Shown: positions 31,654 to 41,819, counted from the stretch's first letter. The stretch: DNA of 64,000 nucleotides from an uncultured Nitrososphaerota archaeon (GCA_963703285.1 OY969807.1:2048001-2112000), one strand, 5' to 3'. Numbers and translations: made by a program. Notes: generated by a model from the letters alone, not told the origin.

Positions 31654-33048
31654 CTAGACGACCTCCTTGATGGCCCCGACCAGCCTCCGTATGTCGTCCG
31701 CTGTCTTGATCTCGGTCACGCAGTAGAGGCTGCTCTGTCCCAGCTCCGGGAGTTCCTTCGAGAGGTCTTTCCCACCAATGATCCCCTTGGCAAGCAGGCC
31801 CTTGTTGACCTTCTCGACCGTCTTCGCCCTGGTCCCGTCGAAGCTCACCACGAACTCCTTGAAGAAGGGGGTCTTCGGGAACCTCAGCTTCACTCCCCGC
31901 ACTTCAGCGAGCTGTCTGGAGGCGTACTGCGACATCTGCATGATGGCCCGTCCCGTCTCCTCCATCCCCTTTGGCCCCATCAGGGAGAGGTACACCGCTG
32001 CCGTGATGGCCCAGATGCCGGTGCTTGTCCCCGTGAATTCCTTCCCCTTCTCCCGGGAACCGTATGAGGTCCTCTCGTACAGGACCTCGCCGAAGCCATA
32101 CTCTCCCTTCTCGGTCGTCTCGGTTATGCCAAACATCAGGTCCTTGAATTCTCTGATGTAGTCCATGTCGTCGTTAGTCGCGATGAAACCACCCTGGCCG
32201 CCGCCGGCCATCATGGGGATGCCCAAGGGGTGGAAATCTCCGCAGGCGATCGTAGCACCATACTGAGATGGAGGGGCGAGGACGCCGAGCGATATCGGGT
32301 CGGCGTACACGATGAACTCCGCCCTGCGCTCGCGTGCGATCTTGCCAATCTCCTCGGCCTCGCTCTCCAGGACGCCCAGGTAAGAGGGATTTTCTATGAG
32401 AACCGCGGCTGTCTTTGACGTGACGCTAGCCCTCAGGGCTGCGAGGTCCACCAGCCCGGTTGCCGGGTCGAATGCGACCTCCTTGACCGAGATGTGGGGC
32501 TTCAGGTAGTTCTTCAGGACCAGCTTTATCTCGGGGTTCAGTTGCCTCGGGATGACGACCTCGTTGCGCCCGGTCATGCGGGAGGCCATGCGAACGGAGG
32601 TGGCGGCCGCCTGTGCGCCGTCGTAGAGCGGGCAGCTCAGGATGTCCATATCGAGGAGCTCACCCATCAGGCTGCAGTATTCGAACAGAGCCTGCCATTT
32701 CCCGTGGTCTGCGTAGGACTCGCCGACGTACGCCGTGAGGAATTCCCCCCGCCCGTTGATCTCGTCGCACACCGCAGGGACGAAATGCTGCGCGCATCCC
32801 GCCCCCAGGAAGTTGAGGTACTCCTCGCAGTTCTTGTTCTTCTCGAGCAGGCCCTCCACGTGCCTCTTTATCGCATACTCGCTGGTGATGGGTTGAGGCA
32901 GCTTCAGCTTTCGCTTGAACCTCAGGCGTTCAGGTATCTCGACGTACAGGTCCATCACGTCTCGCGCACCGACCTCCTTCAGCATCTGCGCCTTGACCTC
33001 GGGTACCGAGTTTGGTATGTAGGGGAAAACCGTCCTTTCCTTCACCAT
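31654..33048 (-). CDS. gcvPA: Glycine dehydrogenase (decarboxylating) subunit 1-like
   Basis: YIPN, FLGAG, EFLTAY, LYDGA; ATG 33048. Confidence 0.9.
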   Translation of the reverse strand: MVKERTVFPYIPNSVPEVKAQMLKEVGARDVMDLYVEIPERLRFKRKLKLPQPITSEYAIKRHVEGLLEKNKNCEEYLNFLGAGCAQHFVPAVCDEINGRGEFLTAYVGESYADHGKWQALFEYCSLMGELLDMDILSCPLYDGAQAAATSVRMASRMTGRNEVVIPRQLNPEIKLVLKNYLKPHISVKEVAFDPATGLVDLAALRASVTSKTAAVLIENPSYLGVLESEAEEIGKIARERRAEFIVYADPISLGVLAPPSQYGATIACGDFHPLGIPMMAGGGQGGFIATNDDMDYIREFKDLMFGITETTEKGEYGFGEVLYERTSYGSREKGKEFTGTSTGIWAITAAVYLSLMGPKGMEETGRAIMQMSQYASRQLAEVRGVKLRFPKTPFFKEFVVSFDGTRAKTVEKVNKGLLAKGIIGGKDLSKELPELGQSSLYCVTEIKTADDIRRLVGAIKEVV

Positions 33049-33215
33049 GCCCTTGGATTTGATTGTCGATATCTCATAACCCTTTCTAAGTAGGTCTCCG
33101 CAGGTCCTGACTCTCCGGTTAGCAAGGCGAACCACGATCGTGAGCAGTCCGTCGGACGGTCCATCCTGAGCGGGAAATCCCTTAAGTGTCGCCGTTTTTC
33201 GGACCCAATCTAGCG

Positions 33216-34772
33216 ATGAAGTGCAGCGAGGTGAGGGGGTTCCTTTCCGATATCTTCTTTCACAGGGAGCCCGCCCCCATCCCCCCGTTCGACCTGAACT
33301 ACCTTGTGGTCAACGGCTACGTCCAGAGCACCTCCCAGGAGGACCACGACAAGGTCGTCGCCGATGTCTCCAGGCTCACCCAGCTGACAGCCGACGTCGA
33401 CGCAGAGAGACCGGTAGAGGAGCAGGCGCTGGAGGCTCTCGCGAAGGACCAGGAGAAGGAGCACTCCTTCTTCTTCCACTTTCAGGGTAAGGACGAGAAG
33501 GATGCTCTCAGCCAGAGGATCCAGGAGGAGACGACGGCCGCCTCGGGCGAGAACGCCAAGCTAAGCTCTCTGGAGGCCAACGTGAACGCCCTGCTCCAGG
33601 AGACGAGCACCGTCGACCGGATGGTCGCCTACGGCGGAGCGTACCTCTCCCTCACCGGCGTCGGAAGCGTCGTCCTGAACGACCTGAGCGTCAGAGACTA
33701 CAGGGTCGCTGACGAGGAGTTCCCCGACTTCGTCGCCGAGACCATAGCCACCTACGCGGAGTTTCGCTCGATAGCGGACCGGGCCAGCTACTACGTCAAC
33801 CTGTTGCGGCCCCTGGCCCCGCTGATAACGGACCCCTCGACCGGGGCCGACCGCTCCCTGCCAGTGCTGTGGGGCACGGCCCTGGGTCTGGGCAAGCTGG
33901 AGGGCGACCCTTCCCAGATAGGAGAGAGAGTCACCCAGGCCCTCTCCGTCCTCCAGAGCTTCAAGTCCACCACCCCCAACAAGCTGATGGCCGCGGAGGT
34001 CATGACAGCTCTCAGCAACCAGGACATCGAGAGCCTCGGGACGGTCCTTAAGGACCTGGACCACCAGCTGAGGAGAAAGCACGTCCCGAAGGAGCTCTCG
34101 GCCGGGATTGCCGCCGCGTTGATGGCGGGGAGGCGATACGACGGTACCTATCCCATAGACACTTTCTTGGAGTTCAAGGCGGTGACCATGTCGTACGAGG
34201 CCGCGGCGGTGCTCGGGGTCATGAACCTGCCGTTCGTCGACCTTTGCGCCAAGTTCCAGTCGTTCAGGGAGCTCTTCAGCTCCTGGGGGTACACGGCGTC
34301 GGAGGACACCGAGATCGCATCTGCGTTCATGGCGATCGGCGAGCTGAGTGCGGGCGAGGTCGCGGACAAGCTCAAGTATGTGGTGCAGGAGCTGTCGAAC
34401 TACCTTGAGTATCCCTTGGTCGCAGGCGCGATACTGGCCTCGATACCCGTCTTCGAGGCCCACGAGGTCCTCGACCTCATGGAGAAGGCGGTCACCCTGC
34501 TGGAGCACTACATCTCAGGACTGGAGCAATCCGAGGTCGTCGCCCTGGCGGTCAGGATGATTCACGGGGTACGGAACGAGCTCGTCAAGCAGATCGACCC
34601 CACGGCAAAGATTGCCGAGACACCCGTCCAGTTCACCTACGGAGGTTATCCCGGCCTCTGGCTGTGGTACGTGCCCCTGATAGTATCCCACTCGGCCTAC
34701 GCCGCGACGTTCAGCGGGATGAGAGGATTCCATCCGGCTCACAGCCACGGCATCGGAGGCTTTGCGGGTTGA
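33216..34772 (+). CDS. Helical hypothetical protein (DUF4003-like repeats, His/Gly-rich tail)
   Basis: CTTAAG box upstream; coiled-coil N-terminal part; repeated AA-L-A helices; ends HPAHSHGIGGFAG. Confidence 0.8.
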   Translation: MKCSEVRGFLSDIFFHREPAPIPPFDLNYLVVNGYVQSTSQEDHDKVVADVSRLTQLTADVDAERPVEEQALEALAKDQEKEHSFFFHFQGKDEKDALSQRIQEETTAASGENAKLSSLEANVNALLQETSTVDRMVAYGGAYLSLTGVGSVVLNDLSVRDYRVADEEFPDFVAETIATYAEFRSIADRASYYVNLLRPLAPLITDPSTGADRSLPVLWGTALGLGKLEGDPSQIGERVTQALSVLQSFKSTTPNKLMAAEVMTALSNQDIESLGTVLKDLDHQLRRKHVPKELSAGIAAALMAGRRYDGTYPIDTFLEFKAVTMSYEAAAVLGVMNLPFVDLCAKFQSFRELFSSWGYTASEDTEIASAFMAIGELSAGEVADKLKYVVQELSNYLEYPLVAGAILASIPVFEAHEVLDLMEKAVTLLEHYISGLEQSEVVALAVRMIHGVRNELVKQIDPTAKIAETPVQFTYGGYPGLWLWYVPLIVSHSAYAATFSGMRGFHPAHSHGIGGFAG

Positions 34773-35878
34773 AGCTCCAGGCGTTGGGGGGTCGCGGCGA
34801 AGGCGTCTGCGGAGCATTGCTGCTGGCGCTTCTGCTCTTGTCCGCGACCGCCGTGGGCGCGCTCCACGCCTCTGCCTACACTCCGCGGGCCGGCGACAGC
34901 TTCTCCTACTCCGAGACGATGACCGTGAACAACGGTGGAGGCTCCTACTCTGGCTACACCGACCAGACCCTGGTGACGGGGACGGAGAATATGAACGGTG
35001 TGAGCGGAGGGATCGTCTCATCCTCCTATGACTACTCCTACCAGTACTCGAGCAACCAGGGGAGCTCGACCTCGGGCTCCAGCTCGGGACCGTACATGTG
35101 GTCGGCGGACAACTTCACCTACGTGAACGGGACGGACGACCAGGTCGGGTATACTGCGCCGATTTACGTCTGGTTCGCCATGAACGCCTCGCTCCCGGTA
35201 GGAGGCACGTTCTACTCCCTGAACACGCAGTTCACCGTGCTCTCGAAGGACTACAGCTTCCACCTGCCCGCCCTGGACGAATATGTCCAGACGATCGAGA
35301 CCGAAGGGACAGGCCAGTACCAGCGCGACGACTCGTACGGCGTCTTCTCGGCGTCGTACACCTGGTTCGAGTACTTCGACCCCTCCACCGGGTACATCGT
35401 CGGCTACAACTACGTCGAGCAGGACAGCGGCCAGGGCGCTGCCGGAAGCTTCACCTACACCGACGACCTGTACGTGACGTCCACCAGCTATCCGCTGACC
35501 CAGACGAGCGCGCCTCCCACAACCTCGACCACAACGACCAGCGGCACGGGAGTGCCGACCCTCGATTATGTGGTCGTGGGGGCCATCTTGATTGTGATCT
35601 TGCTGGTGATTGCCTACGCGACAATGCGAAGAAGAGGCAGGAGAAGCTCTCTTCCGGAGCACCCTCCGTCACCACCGCCGACCCAGCCACCAGGCCCGCC
35701 ATCCGCTCAGCCACCCGCCCCGCCTGCAGCCCCATGGGGATCCGGGATCGACCTCGGCTCGAAGCCCCCCGAACAGGTCGTGATAAGGGAGGTCGCCATG
35801 GTCAACTGCAAGTTCTGCGGCGCGCTTATCCCGACCACGGCAGAGACCTGCCCGCGCTGCGGAGCTCCGAACAAGTAG
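34769..35878 (+). CDS. Secreted, membrane-anchored protein with Pro-rich linker and C-terminal zinc ribbon
   Basis: TTG overlaps the upstream TGA; signal peptide; Y/S/T-rich ectodomain; TM followed by RRRGRR; CKFC/CPRC. Confidence 0.82.
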   Translation: MKLQALGGRGEGVCGALLLALLLLSATAVGALHASAYTPRAGDSFSYSETMTVNNGGGSYSGYTDQTLVTGTENMNGVSGGIVSSSYDYSYQYSSNQGSSTSGSSSGPYMWSADNFTYVNGTDDQVGYTAPIYVWFAMNASLPVGGTFYSLNTQFTVLSKDYSFHLPALDEYVQTIETEGTGQYQRDDSYGVFSASYTWFEYFDPSTGYIVGYNYVEQDSGQGAAGSFTYTDDLYVTSTSYPLTQTSAPPTTSTTTTSGTGVPTLDYVVVGAILIVILLVIAYATMRRRGRRSSLPEHPPSPPPTQPPGPPSAQPPAPPAAPWGSGIDLGSKPPEQVVIREVAMVNCKFCGALIPTTAETCPRCGAPNK

Positions 35879-35903
35879 GCGACGGCATGGTGGAGACCTA
35901 GCG

Positions 35904-37139
35904 TTGACGATCGGGGTCACCAAACCTGCGCCGATCAAGCTCAGGGGGATGCCCATCTCCCTCGATGTCTACGAGGGCGCCGGGACGGTAACCAACAAGC
36001 ACTTCAGCCGCTTCGAGATGCCGGAGTTCGAGAGGATATACCTCCCCGAGAGCGTGGGGCCCTTCACCGACGGAGCACCCCTAGGAACCAGGGAGCTCCT
36101 GATCGATGACAACAGGAGCGCCGTCAGCAGCCTTCCGTACATGGCGATCGACGGCACCGAATTCTACTTCTCGGTCAAAGGGATAGGCTCGACGACCAGC
36201 CCATTCAGCCGCCAGTCCTTCAGGAGGGAGGAGGTCTGCAGCCTCCTCAAGAACGACGCCATCAGGAAGAGGATCCTCAACTCCAGGGAGAGGGAGATGA
36301 AGTTCCCGAGGTACCTCACCGGGGAGCTGTGGTCGAGGGGGTGCCCCTACGGGTCGCAGGGCCTCGAGTTCGCCACCATCGCGATGAAGGCGGCAGAGAT
36401 GTCCGGTGCCGGCGCCACGTCGATTCACGGGTTCAGGATAGCCCCCCTGGTGAAGATAGTGAAGCTGCCGAAGGCCCTCCAGGACGCGGTCACCCAGGTG
36501 TACTGGTACCGGAGGTTCAAGCAGGTGATGGTCCAGGAAGCCAGGCTCATCCCGTCCAACGTCAGGATCTACTTCCACTCGGACTGGACCATCGGGGACG
36601 ACACCGGGGAACTCTTCGACTACTTCGGGATAGACAGCGACGAGAAGGCGATGGGTTTCCTGAGGAACTTCGTCAAGAGCGGGATCGCGGTCCTAACGCT
36701 CTTCGTCAGGACCATCAGCGACAACGCCAACGGCACCTACAGCGGGCTGGACTTCTACGACGTCTGGCTCGACAAGGACGCGGTCCTGGCCCCGGACGGC
36801 ACCATCTTCTGGGCCGACCTCGAAGGCCTTCAGGCGATAACCGTCGGGGGGACCGACAGGAAGGAGCTCGAGTTCAACATCGAGGAGACCATGGAGCACC
36901 AGATATACAGGTCGCTCTACGAATTCATGTACGCCTACGAGCAGATAGACAGGGAGCGCATCAAGAGGTTCGGGCATCCGGCCGACCGCAAGACACAGTT
37001 CGAGTACATCCTCAGGGAGGCCGTGAAGGACGATGAGGTCATCGACCTACGTCGCAGGCCCGACAGCCTTGAGCTCGTCATAGGCAACATACTCGGGGAG
37101 CCAAGGCTGACCAAGGAGTTCACAATCCTGGACTGGTGA
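35904..37139 (+). CDS. Hypothetical protein, possible SelO/protein-kinase-like fold
   Basis: DNRSA...SVKGIGSTTSPFSR...DKDAVLAPDGTIFWADLEG; strong coding bias. Confidence 0.7.
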   Translation: MTIGVTKPAPIKLRGMPISLDVYEGAGTVTNKHFSRFEMPEFERIYLPESVGPFTDGAPLGTRELLIDDNRSAVSSLPYMAIDGTEFYFSVKGIGSTTSPFSRQSFRREEVCSLLKNDAIRKRILNSREREMKFPRYLTGELWSRGCPYGSQGLEFATIAMKAAEMSGAGATSIHGFRIAPLVKIVKLPKALQDAVTQVYWYRRFKQVMVQEARLIPSNVRIYFHSDWTIGDDTGELFDYFGIDSDEKAMGFLRNFVKSGIAVLTLFVRTISDNANGTYSGLDFYDVWLDKDAVLAPDGTIFWADLEGLQAITVGGTDRKELEFNIEETMEHQIYRSLYEFMYAYEQIDRERIKRFGHPADRKTQFEYILREAVKDDEVIDLRRRPDSLELVIGNILGEPRLTKEFTILDW

Positions 37140-37185
37140 TGATGGAACTGCACAGACGTGAATCGGAGAGCGTGGCGCGAGGCCC

Positions 37186-37953
37186 ATGAGCGAGGGAATT
37201 CGGGTATCGAAGGTCAGGACCATAGACGAGCAGCTCGCCGACCTGCCGAGGGGGCTGTCGTTCTTCGACCCGATCATCCGCCACGAGGTCAAGGAGGCTA
37301 TCGAGGCGGGGGGTGAGGTCTTCCTCTCCAACGACCCCGAAGGGCACGTGAAAGGCCTCTTCATCTACGACGGGTCCGAGGCGACCGGGACCATCTTCAC
37401 GAGGTCCAGGGAGGTCTTCGACCTCTTCTACAGCATGAAGCCCTCCAGCTACATCTTCTCGGAGCTCGAGGCAGCAGAGCTCCCCAGGGAGGTGTGGAAC
37501 ATCTGGCAGCTGGACGTCGACAAGGCTCCCTCGGAGCACAGGTTCAAGTTCCACGTCAGCATGGAGAGCGACGCCGCCGAACTGGAACGCTTCATGGCGG
37601 CCACTCAGCCCGAGACGAACAAGAAGTGGGTGAGGGTCGCCCTCAGCAACGGGGACAGGTGTTTCGTCGTTAAGATAGCGGACAGGATCGTGGCGGTGGC
37701 GTGGATGTCAGTCGTCGATGGGGTGGCGAGGTCCCACGGCCTCTACGTCCTGCCGCAGTTCCGTAGGAGGGGGATAATGAGGGACAACTTCCAGGCCCGG
37801 CTCATCTATCTGAAGTCGAGACACGTCCACACCCTGATCAACGAGATAGCCGAGTCCAACCTAGCATCTTCGGGCCTTGCCGCGGAGGAGGGGGAGACCA
37901 TCGTGGGTAAGGTCTTCCTTTACACAAGCCCCGCTCCCACCAAACCAGAGTGA
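37186..37953 (+). CDS. GNAT family N-acetyltransferase
   Basis: LYVLPQFRRRGI acetyl-CoA motif; NLAS. Confidence 0.85.
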   Translation: MSEGIRVSKVRTIDEQLADLPRGLSFFDPIIRHEVKEAIEAGGEVFLSNDPEGHVKGLFIYDGSEATGTIFTRSREVFDLFYSMKPSSYIFSELEAAELPREVWNIWQLDVDKAPSEHRFKFHVSMESDAAELERFMAATQPETNKKWVRVALSNGDRCFVVKIADRIVAVAWMSVVDGVARSHGLYVLPQFRRRGIMRDNFQARLIYLKSRHVHTLINEIAESNLASSGLAAEEGETIVGKVFLYTSPAPTKPE

Positions 37954-38168
37954 CGGGCTCGCCCGCCGAACGGAGAGATGAACGCAGCACGTCGAGCTGC
38001 TCAAGACTCCCCTTCTCGACCGGCTTCAGCGCCAGCCCGGCCTCATCCGGCAGAGGGGGCAGCGAGCCAGCCGGAGACACTGGGGACTGGCCGAGGCTCC
38101 CGACTCCTGAGAACGGGGGCCTTGAACAAAGTTCGATAGCCGGATAACCTCCCGCACTAAGCAAAGGC

Positions 38169-38432
38169 ATGCGTCATGCAGGCTCCGTCGCGGCGGGCGT
38201 GATCATCCTCCTCCTCCTCATCGCGTTCTTCCTCGTCCCTCTGGTCTCGTACACATTCTCGTCTGTGAACTTCGGCGGCTACTCCGGCAGGGTCTCGGCC
38301 CAGGTCTCCCCGTCCTTCTACGCCCTCGGATGCGGCATAGTGTACAACCCGACCGAGAGCGGCTCGGTGGCCGGCGTCACCGTCAGCCACCAGATCTACT
38401 CGGGCGGCGAGTGGAAGTGCAAGAACGGCTAG
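38169..38432 (+). CDS. Small membrane-anchored protein
   Basis: N-terminal TM followed by a short beta-rich domain with two Cys. Confidence 0.65.
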   Translation: MRHAGSVAAGVIILLLLIAFFLVPLVSYTFSSVNFGGYSGRVSAQVSPSFYALGCGIVYNPTESGSVAGVTVSHQIYSGGEWKCKNG

Positions 38433-38532
38433 GCCAGGCGTCCCGTCCCCAGGACCCACCAAAGGCGTTCGGGGGAACCGAAATATAGAGGCATCTCCCG
38501 CCTTCGAAGGAGCACAGGAGAAGAGAGAAAAA

Positions 38533-39144
38533 ATGGCGGCCGGGAACGGCGACTACGTCTCTATCATAGTGCTAGCCTTGGGCCGTTCCGTGAGGTCCGG
38601 ACGGAACGCGATGCTCGAGGTCATCGGAGAGAGGACTATGATAGGCCACGTCGTCTACGAGTGCCAGACGTCGAAGGCCAAGCAGGTCATCGTCGTAGTG
38701 GGCCCGGACGCCGAAGAGGTCAGGTCCGCGCTGAAGGACTACCAGTGCGAGGTCGTCTTGGACGAGAGCTTCGAGAAGGGGCAGAGCAGCTCCATCAGGA
38801 AGGGACTCTCGCTCGTGAAGGCGAACGCCGATGCCGTGATGCTCATCCCGGGGGACATCTCGCTCGTCGACCGCACCAGGATCAACACCCTGATCCGCAA
38901 GTACTCTACCTGCTACGCCCCCATCGTAAGCAAGGGCTACCTCGGCAACGCCCTCCGCCCCATCCTCTTCGACAAGAACCTTCTCGGCGAGCTGGGGAAC
39001 CTGAGCGACGAGACGGGGGGCCTCAGGACCCTCGTCGCGAAGTACAGGTCGAACAGCCAGTTCGTCAAGAGGTCGGAGGCGTCGCTCCTCCGCAGGGAGG
39101 CGGACAGGCTCAAGACACGGCTTGGCTTCTCCAAGCGCTCGTGA
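38533..39144 (+). CDS. MocA/MobA-like nucleotidyltransferase family protein (degenerate)
   Basis: GQSSSIRKGL, LIPGD, PILFD, DETGG; N-terminal LAAG motif altered. Confidence 0.8.
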   Translation: MAAGNGDYVSIIVLALGRSVRSGRNAMLEVIGERTMIGHVVYECQTSKAKQVIVVVGPDAEEVRSALKDYQCEVVLDESFEKGQSSSIRKGLSLVKANADAVMLIPGDISLVDRTRINTLIRKYSTCYAPIVSKGYLGNALRPILFDKNLLGELGNLSDETGGLRTLVAKYRSNSQFVKRSEASLLRREADRLKTRLGFSKRS

Positions 39145-39156
39145 GCCCTCACCCGG

Positions 39157-40050
39157 TCAGTGCTTGGCTTCGTGCTTCTCGATCGGAGGGGAGACCGGGA
39201 TCCGCAACCCTGCCTGCTTCGCAGCGAACGTGTTCGCCAGATATATGCCCACGAAGATGAGGCCGACTCCGCCCAGCTCGAAGTCGCTCGGGATCGCGCG
39301 GGAGAAAAGCGCCGAGATGGCCAGGGTTATCACCGGCGCGGCGAACGCGAGCGTGGTGATCCTCGATACCCTCTCCTTCCTCAGCAGGGAGATCCAGAGG
39401 TACGCGTTGAACGCGCCCGCCACGAACGCCATGTAGGCCACGTCGACCGCTAGGTCGTAGGAGAATCTGAACTCGAACCCCGGCAGGAGCAGCGCCCAGT
39501 AGGCGACCGTGCTGAAGAGGGACGCCGTTGTCACGGTTCGCACGGGGTCGCGCGCCCCGAGCCGCTTGCTGTAGACCGAGAAGAGCGCCCAGAAGAACCC
39601 GTTCGAGAGGCAGAGGGCCGTCCCGATCAGGGTGAACCCGGAGGAGAGGAACGGGAGGTTGAAGACCGCCACCCCGGCGAAGCCGACGGTCGCGCCTGCC
39701 ACCTCCACCCTGGAGTTCCCCTCCCTGAGCAGCAGCATGGAGAGCGGGACCGAGAAGAGGGGCATCGTGAACGCCAGCACGGCGGAAACGGGCGGCGAGA
39801 CGTAGCTCAACCCGAGGACCCAGAGCGCGCCGCTCAGCCAGAAAAAGAGCGAGAAGACGAGGGTCGCCCTGTCGAGGTCAACCTTGAACCGGGTGACGGC
39901 GAGCAGGGTCAGGGTCATGAACAGGTAGACGACGGCCTGGAACGCGATCGGCGAAGCGTAGGCCAGCCCGTCCTTGACGAAGAAAAACTGGAATGCGAGG
40001 ATGAGGATGCAGAGGATGATGTTCCTTGTCTGTGTCAAAACGCCGGTCAC
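39157..40050 (-). CDS. EamA/DMT family transporter
   Basis: About 10 TM in two EamA-like halves. Confidence 0.88.
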   Translation of the reverse strand: MTGVLTQTRNIILCILILAFQFFFVKDGLAYASPIAFQAVVYLFMTLTLLAVTRFKVDLDRATLVFSLFFWLSGALWVLGLSYVSPPVSAVLAFTMPLFSVPLSMLLLREGNSRVEVAGATVGFAGVAVFNLPFLSSGFTLIGTALCLSNGFFWALFSVYSKRLGARDPVRTVTTASLFSTVAYWALLLPGFEFRFSYDLAVDVAYMAFVAGAFNAYLWISLLRKERVSRITTLAFAAPVITLAISALFSRAIPSDFELGGVGLIFVGIYLANTFAAKQAGLRIPVSPPIEKHEAKH

Positions 40051-40149
40051 CCCATAACTTCAGGCGCATATAATCACCACTCGAGAATTTAGCGTTCGTC
40101 CGGCGATGCGCCACCCCCCCGGGCGAGTTGCGCCACAGCTCGGGCGGGC

Positions 40150-40473
40150 CTACTTCCATCTGGCGAGCGTCTCAGCGGCGTAGTGGCCCCTGAGGAACTC
40201 GATGGACTCGCAGAAACCTGCGACCCCGGCGGATTGAAGCGGTCCTATCGCCTGCAGCTTCCTCTCCATCCGCCGTATCACGCTCGCCCTCCGATTCCCC
40301 AGCAGCGTCTCCAGGACCGAGAGGTATGTTCGCGGATCCTCCAGCGCCACCCGGGTGTCCAAGCAGACCCTCGTCGCCAGCGCTATCGTCTGGCCCAGCA
40401 TCTCCCTGAGCGATTCCTCGATTGCGTCCTGGAGCAGGCGGTCGAACCTGCCGTCTCCACGACGGGACTCCAC
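40150..40473 (-). CDS. Small helical hypothetical protein
   Basis: LLQDAIEESLREMLG...EDPRTYLSVLETLLG. Confidence 0.6.
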   Translation of the reverse strand: MESRRGDGRFDRLLQDAIEESLREMLGQTIALATRVCLDTRVALEDPRTYLSVLETLLGNRRASVIRRMERKLQAIGPLQSAGVAGFCESIEFLRGHYAAETLARWK

Positions 40474-40547
40474 GGCCCTTCCCGGGGTCCGCCAGTCCCT
40501 TTGGGTCCCCCTCGTGGCCAGGGTCTGGTTCGCCCTTCCTCCGGCCT

Positions 40548-40817
40548 TCAGTCCAGCGAGGTCGTCTTGACGGTGGAAGGTGTCTGAAGGTGCAGCATCC
40601 TCGAGACGGCGCTCAACAACAGGCTCCTGTCGCCCTGAGTCAGGCGGGAGTCAATCCTCACCTGGCGTTCAATGTCGCCGATCGACACGAGGCTTGTGGT
40701 CTGCCGAAGGGCGTGCTCGTAGCCGAGCCTCTTCACAACCGATATCTCCTCCCTCAGGTCGCGGTCGAGCATCCGCATCAGCTCTCGCTTCTGCAGCGGT
40801 GAGATCATCCAATTCAC
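40548..40817 (-). CDS. Hypothetical protein
   Basis: 89-aa ORF with TATATA box ~28 nt upstream. Confidence 0.55.
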   Translation of the reverse strand: MNWMISPLQKRELMRMLDRDLREEISVVKRLGYEHALRQTTSLVSIGDIERQVRIDSRLTQGDRSLLLSAVSRMLHLQTPSTVKTTSLD

Positions 40818-41026
40818 GACCTCTTCTTCGCACAGGAGCCTATATACCGGATTTCCGAGATTGTTCTAGAATTGTTAGAGAATCTCGTCCCAATCTCGTT
40901 CGCCCCGCCCTGTGACAGGTCCGCCCCCTCCCCCAACGAGATACTTGAACCTCGCACCTCGTCGCGAACCGTGGCGTCGTCAAGATTGAGACATTTTTAT
41001 ATAGTCACCCACCGAAAATATAACAT

Positions 41027-41668
41027 ATGAAAATTAATCCCGCTTTGACGATAGCGCAAACGCTGGACCCGAAGCCCCTCAATCACATCAGCGAGCTTTA
41101 CGGCCGAGCACGGTCCAGGGCCACGGCCTACAGGATTATGAATTCGCTCGAGCGACTCGGCTTCCTAGAGAGGAAGGGAGGCGGGTACTTCACAGTGAGG
41201 GACTCCCTCTTTCAGCCCTATCACGTCTGGGAGCATCTCGTCCCCTCGCTGCAGTCGCTGAGTCAGGTGAGATACTTCGGAAAGACGTACAAGAGGAGCG
41301 ACGCAACGCTGGCGTCCGAGCTGCTCAAGGGGATGGTGACGCTGGACTACCGCGCCTACGAGCTGACGCGCCTCCAGACTCCGGGCCGTCTGTTCATCTA
41401 TGTCGACGACCTCGACAAGGCAGCTGCCCGACTTACCGCGGCCGGTTTCTCGGAGGGAGAGAAGGGCAAGGTCGCGATCCTGCCGGCGCTGGGGGACTTC
41501 GAGAACGAGATTCAGCGGGTGTATCTCGACTGCCTGGCGTTCGGCGGCCGGAGCTCCCTAGACGCGATAGCGATCGAGCTCAAACACGGCAACAGGCTGG
41601 CGAAGAGGGGTGCGTTCCCGGCCCACCTGGTGGCGAAGGTGTCCGAGGACCTCGCGGAATCGTCCTGA
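41027..41668 (+). CDS. Winged-HTH protein with AbiEi-like C-terminal domain
   Basis: SRATAYRIMNSLERLGFL; IQRVYLDCLAFGGRS; TTTATATA 30 nt upstream. Confidence 0.7.
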   Translation: MKINPALTIAQTLDPKPLNHISELYGRARSRATAYRIMNSLERLGFLERKGGGYFTVRDSLFQPYHVWEHLVPSLQSLSQVRYFGKTYKRSDATLASELLKGMVTLDYRAYELTRLQTPGRLFIYVDDLDKAAARLTAAGFSEGEKGKVAILPALGDFENEIQRVYLDCLAFGGRSSLDAIAIELKHGNRLAKRGAFPAHLVAKVSEDLAESS

Positions 41669-41819
41669 ATACGCCACACCGATTTCGGCTCCGTAGAGCA
41701 TCGAGACGCGGACCCGCTCACCTGAGTTCAGGCAAGCAAGGCCCGCTCCGATTCGCCCCGTGGTGACGTCGGAGGGGAGAAATCATAAAGACCCCCCCGC
41801 CGCTGTAGAGAGCATCGCA

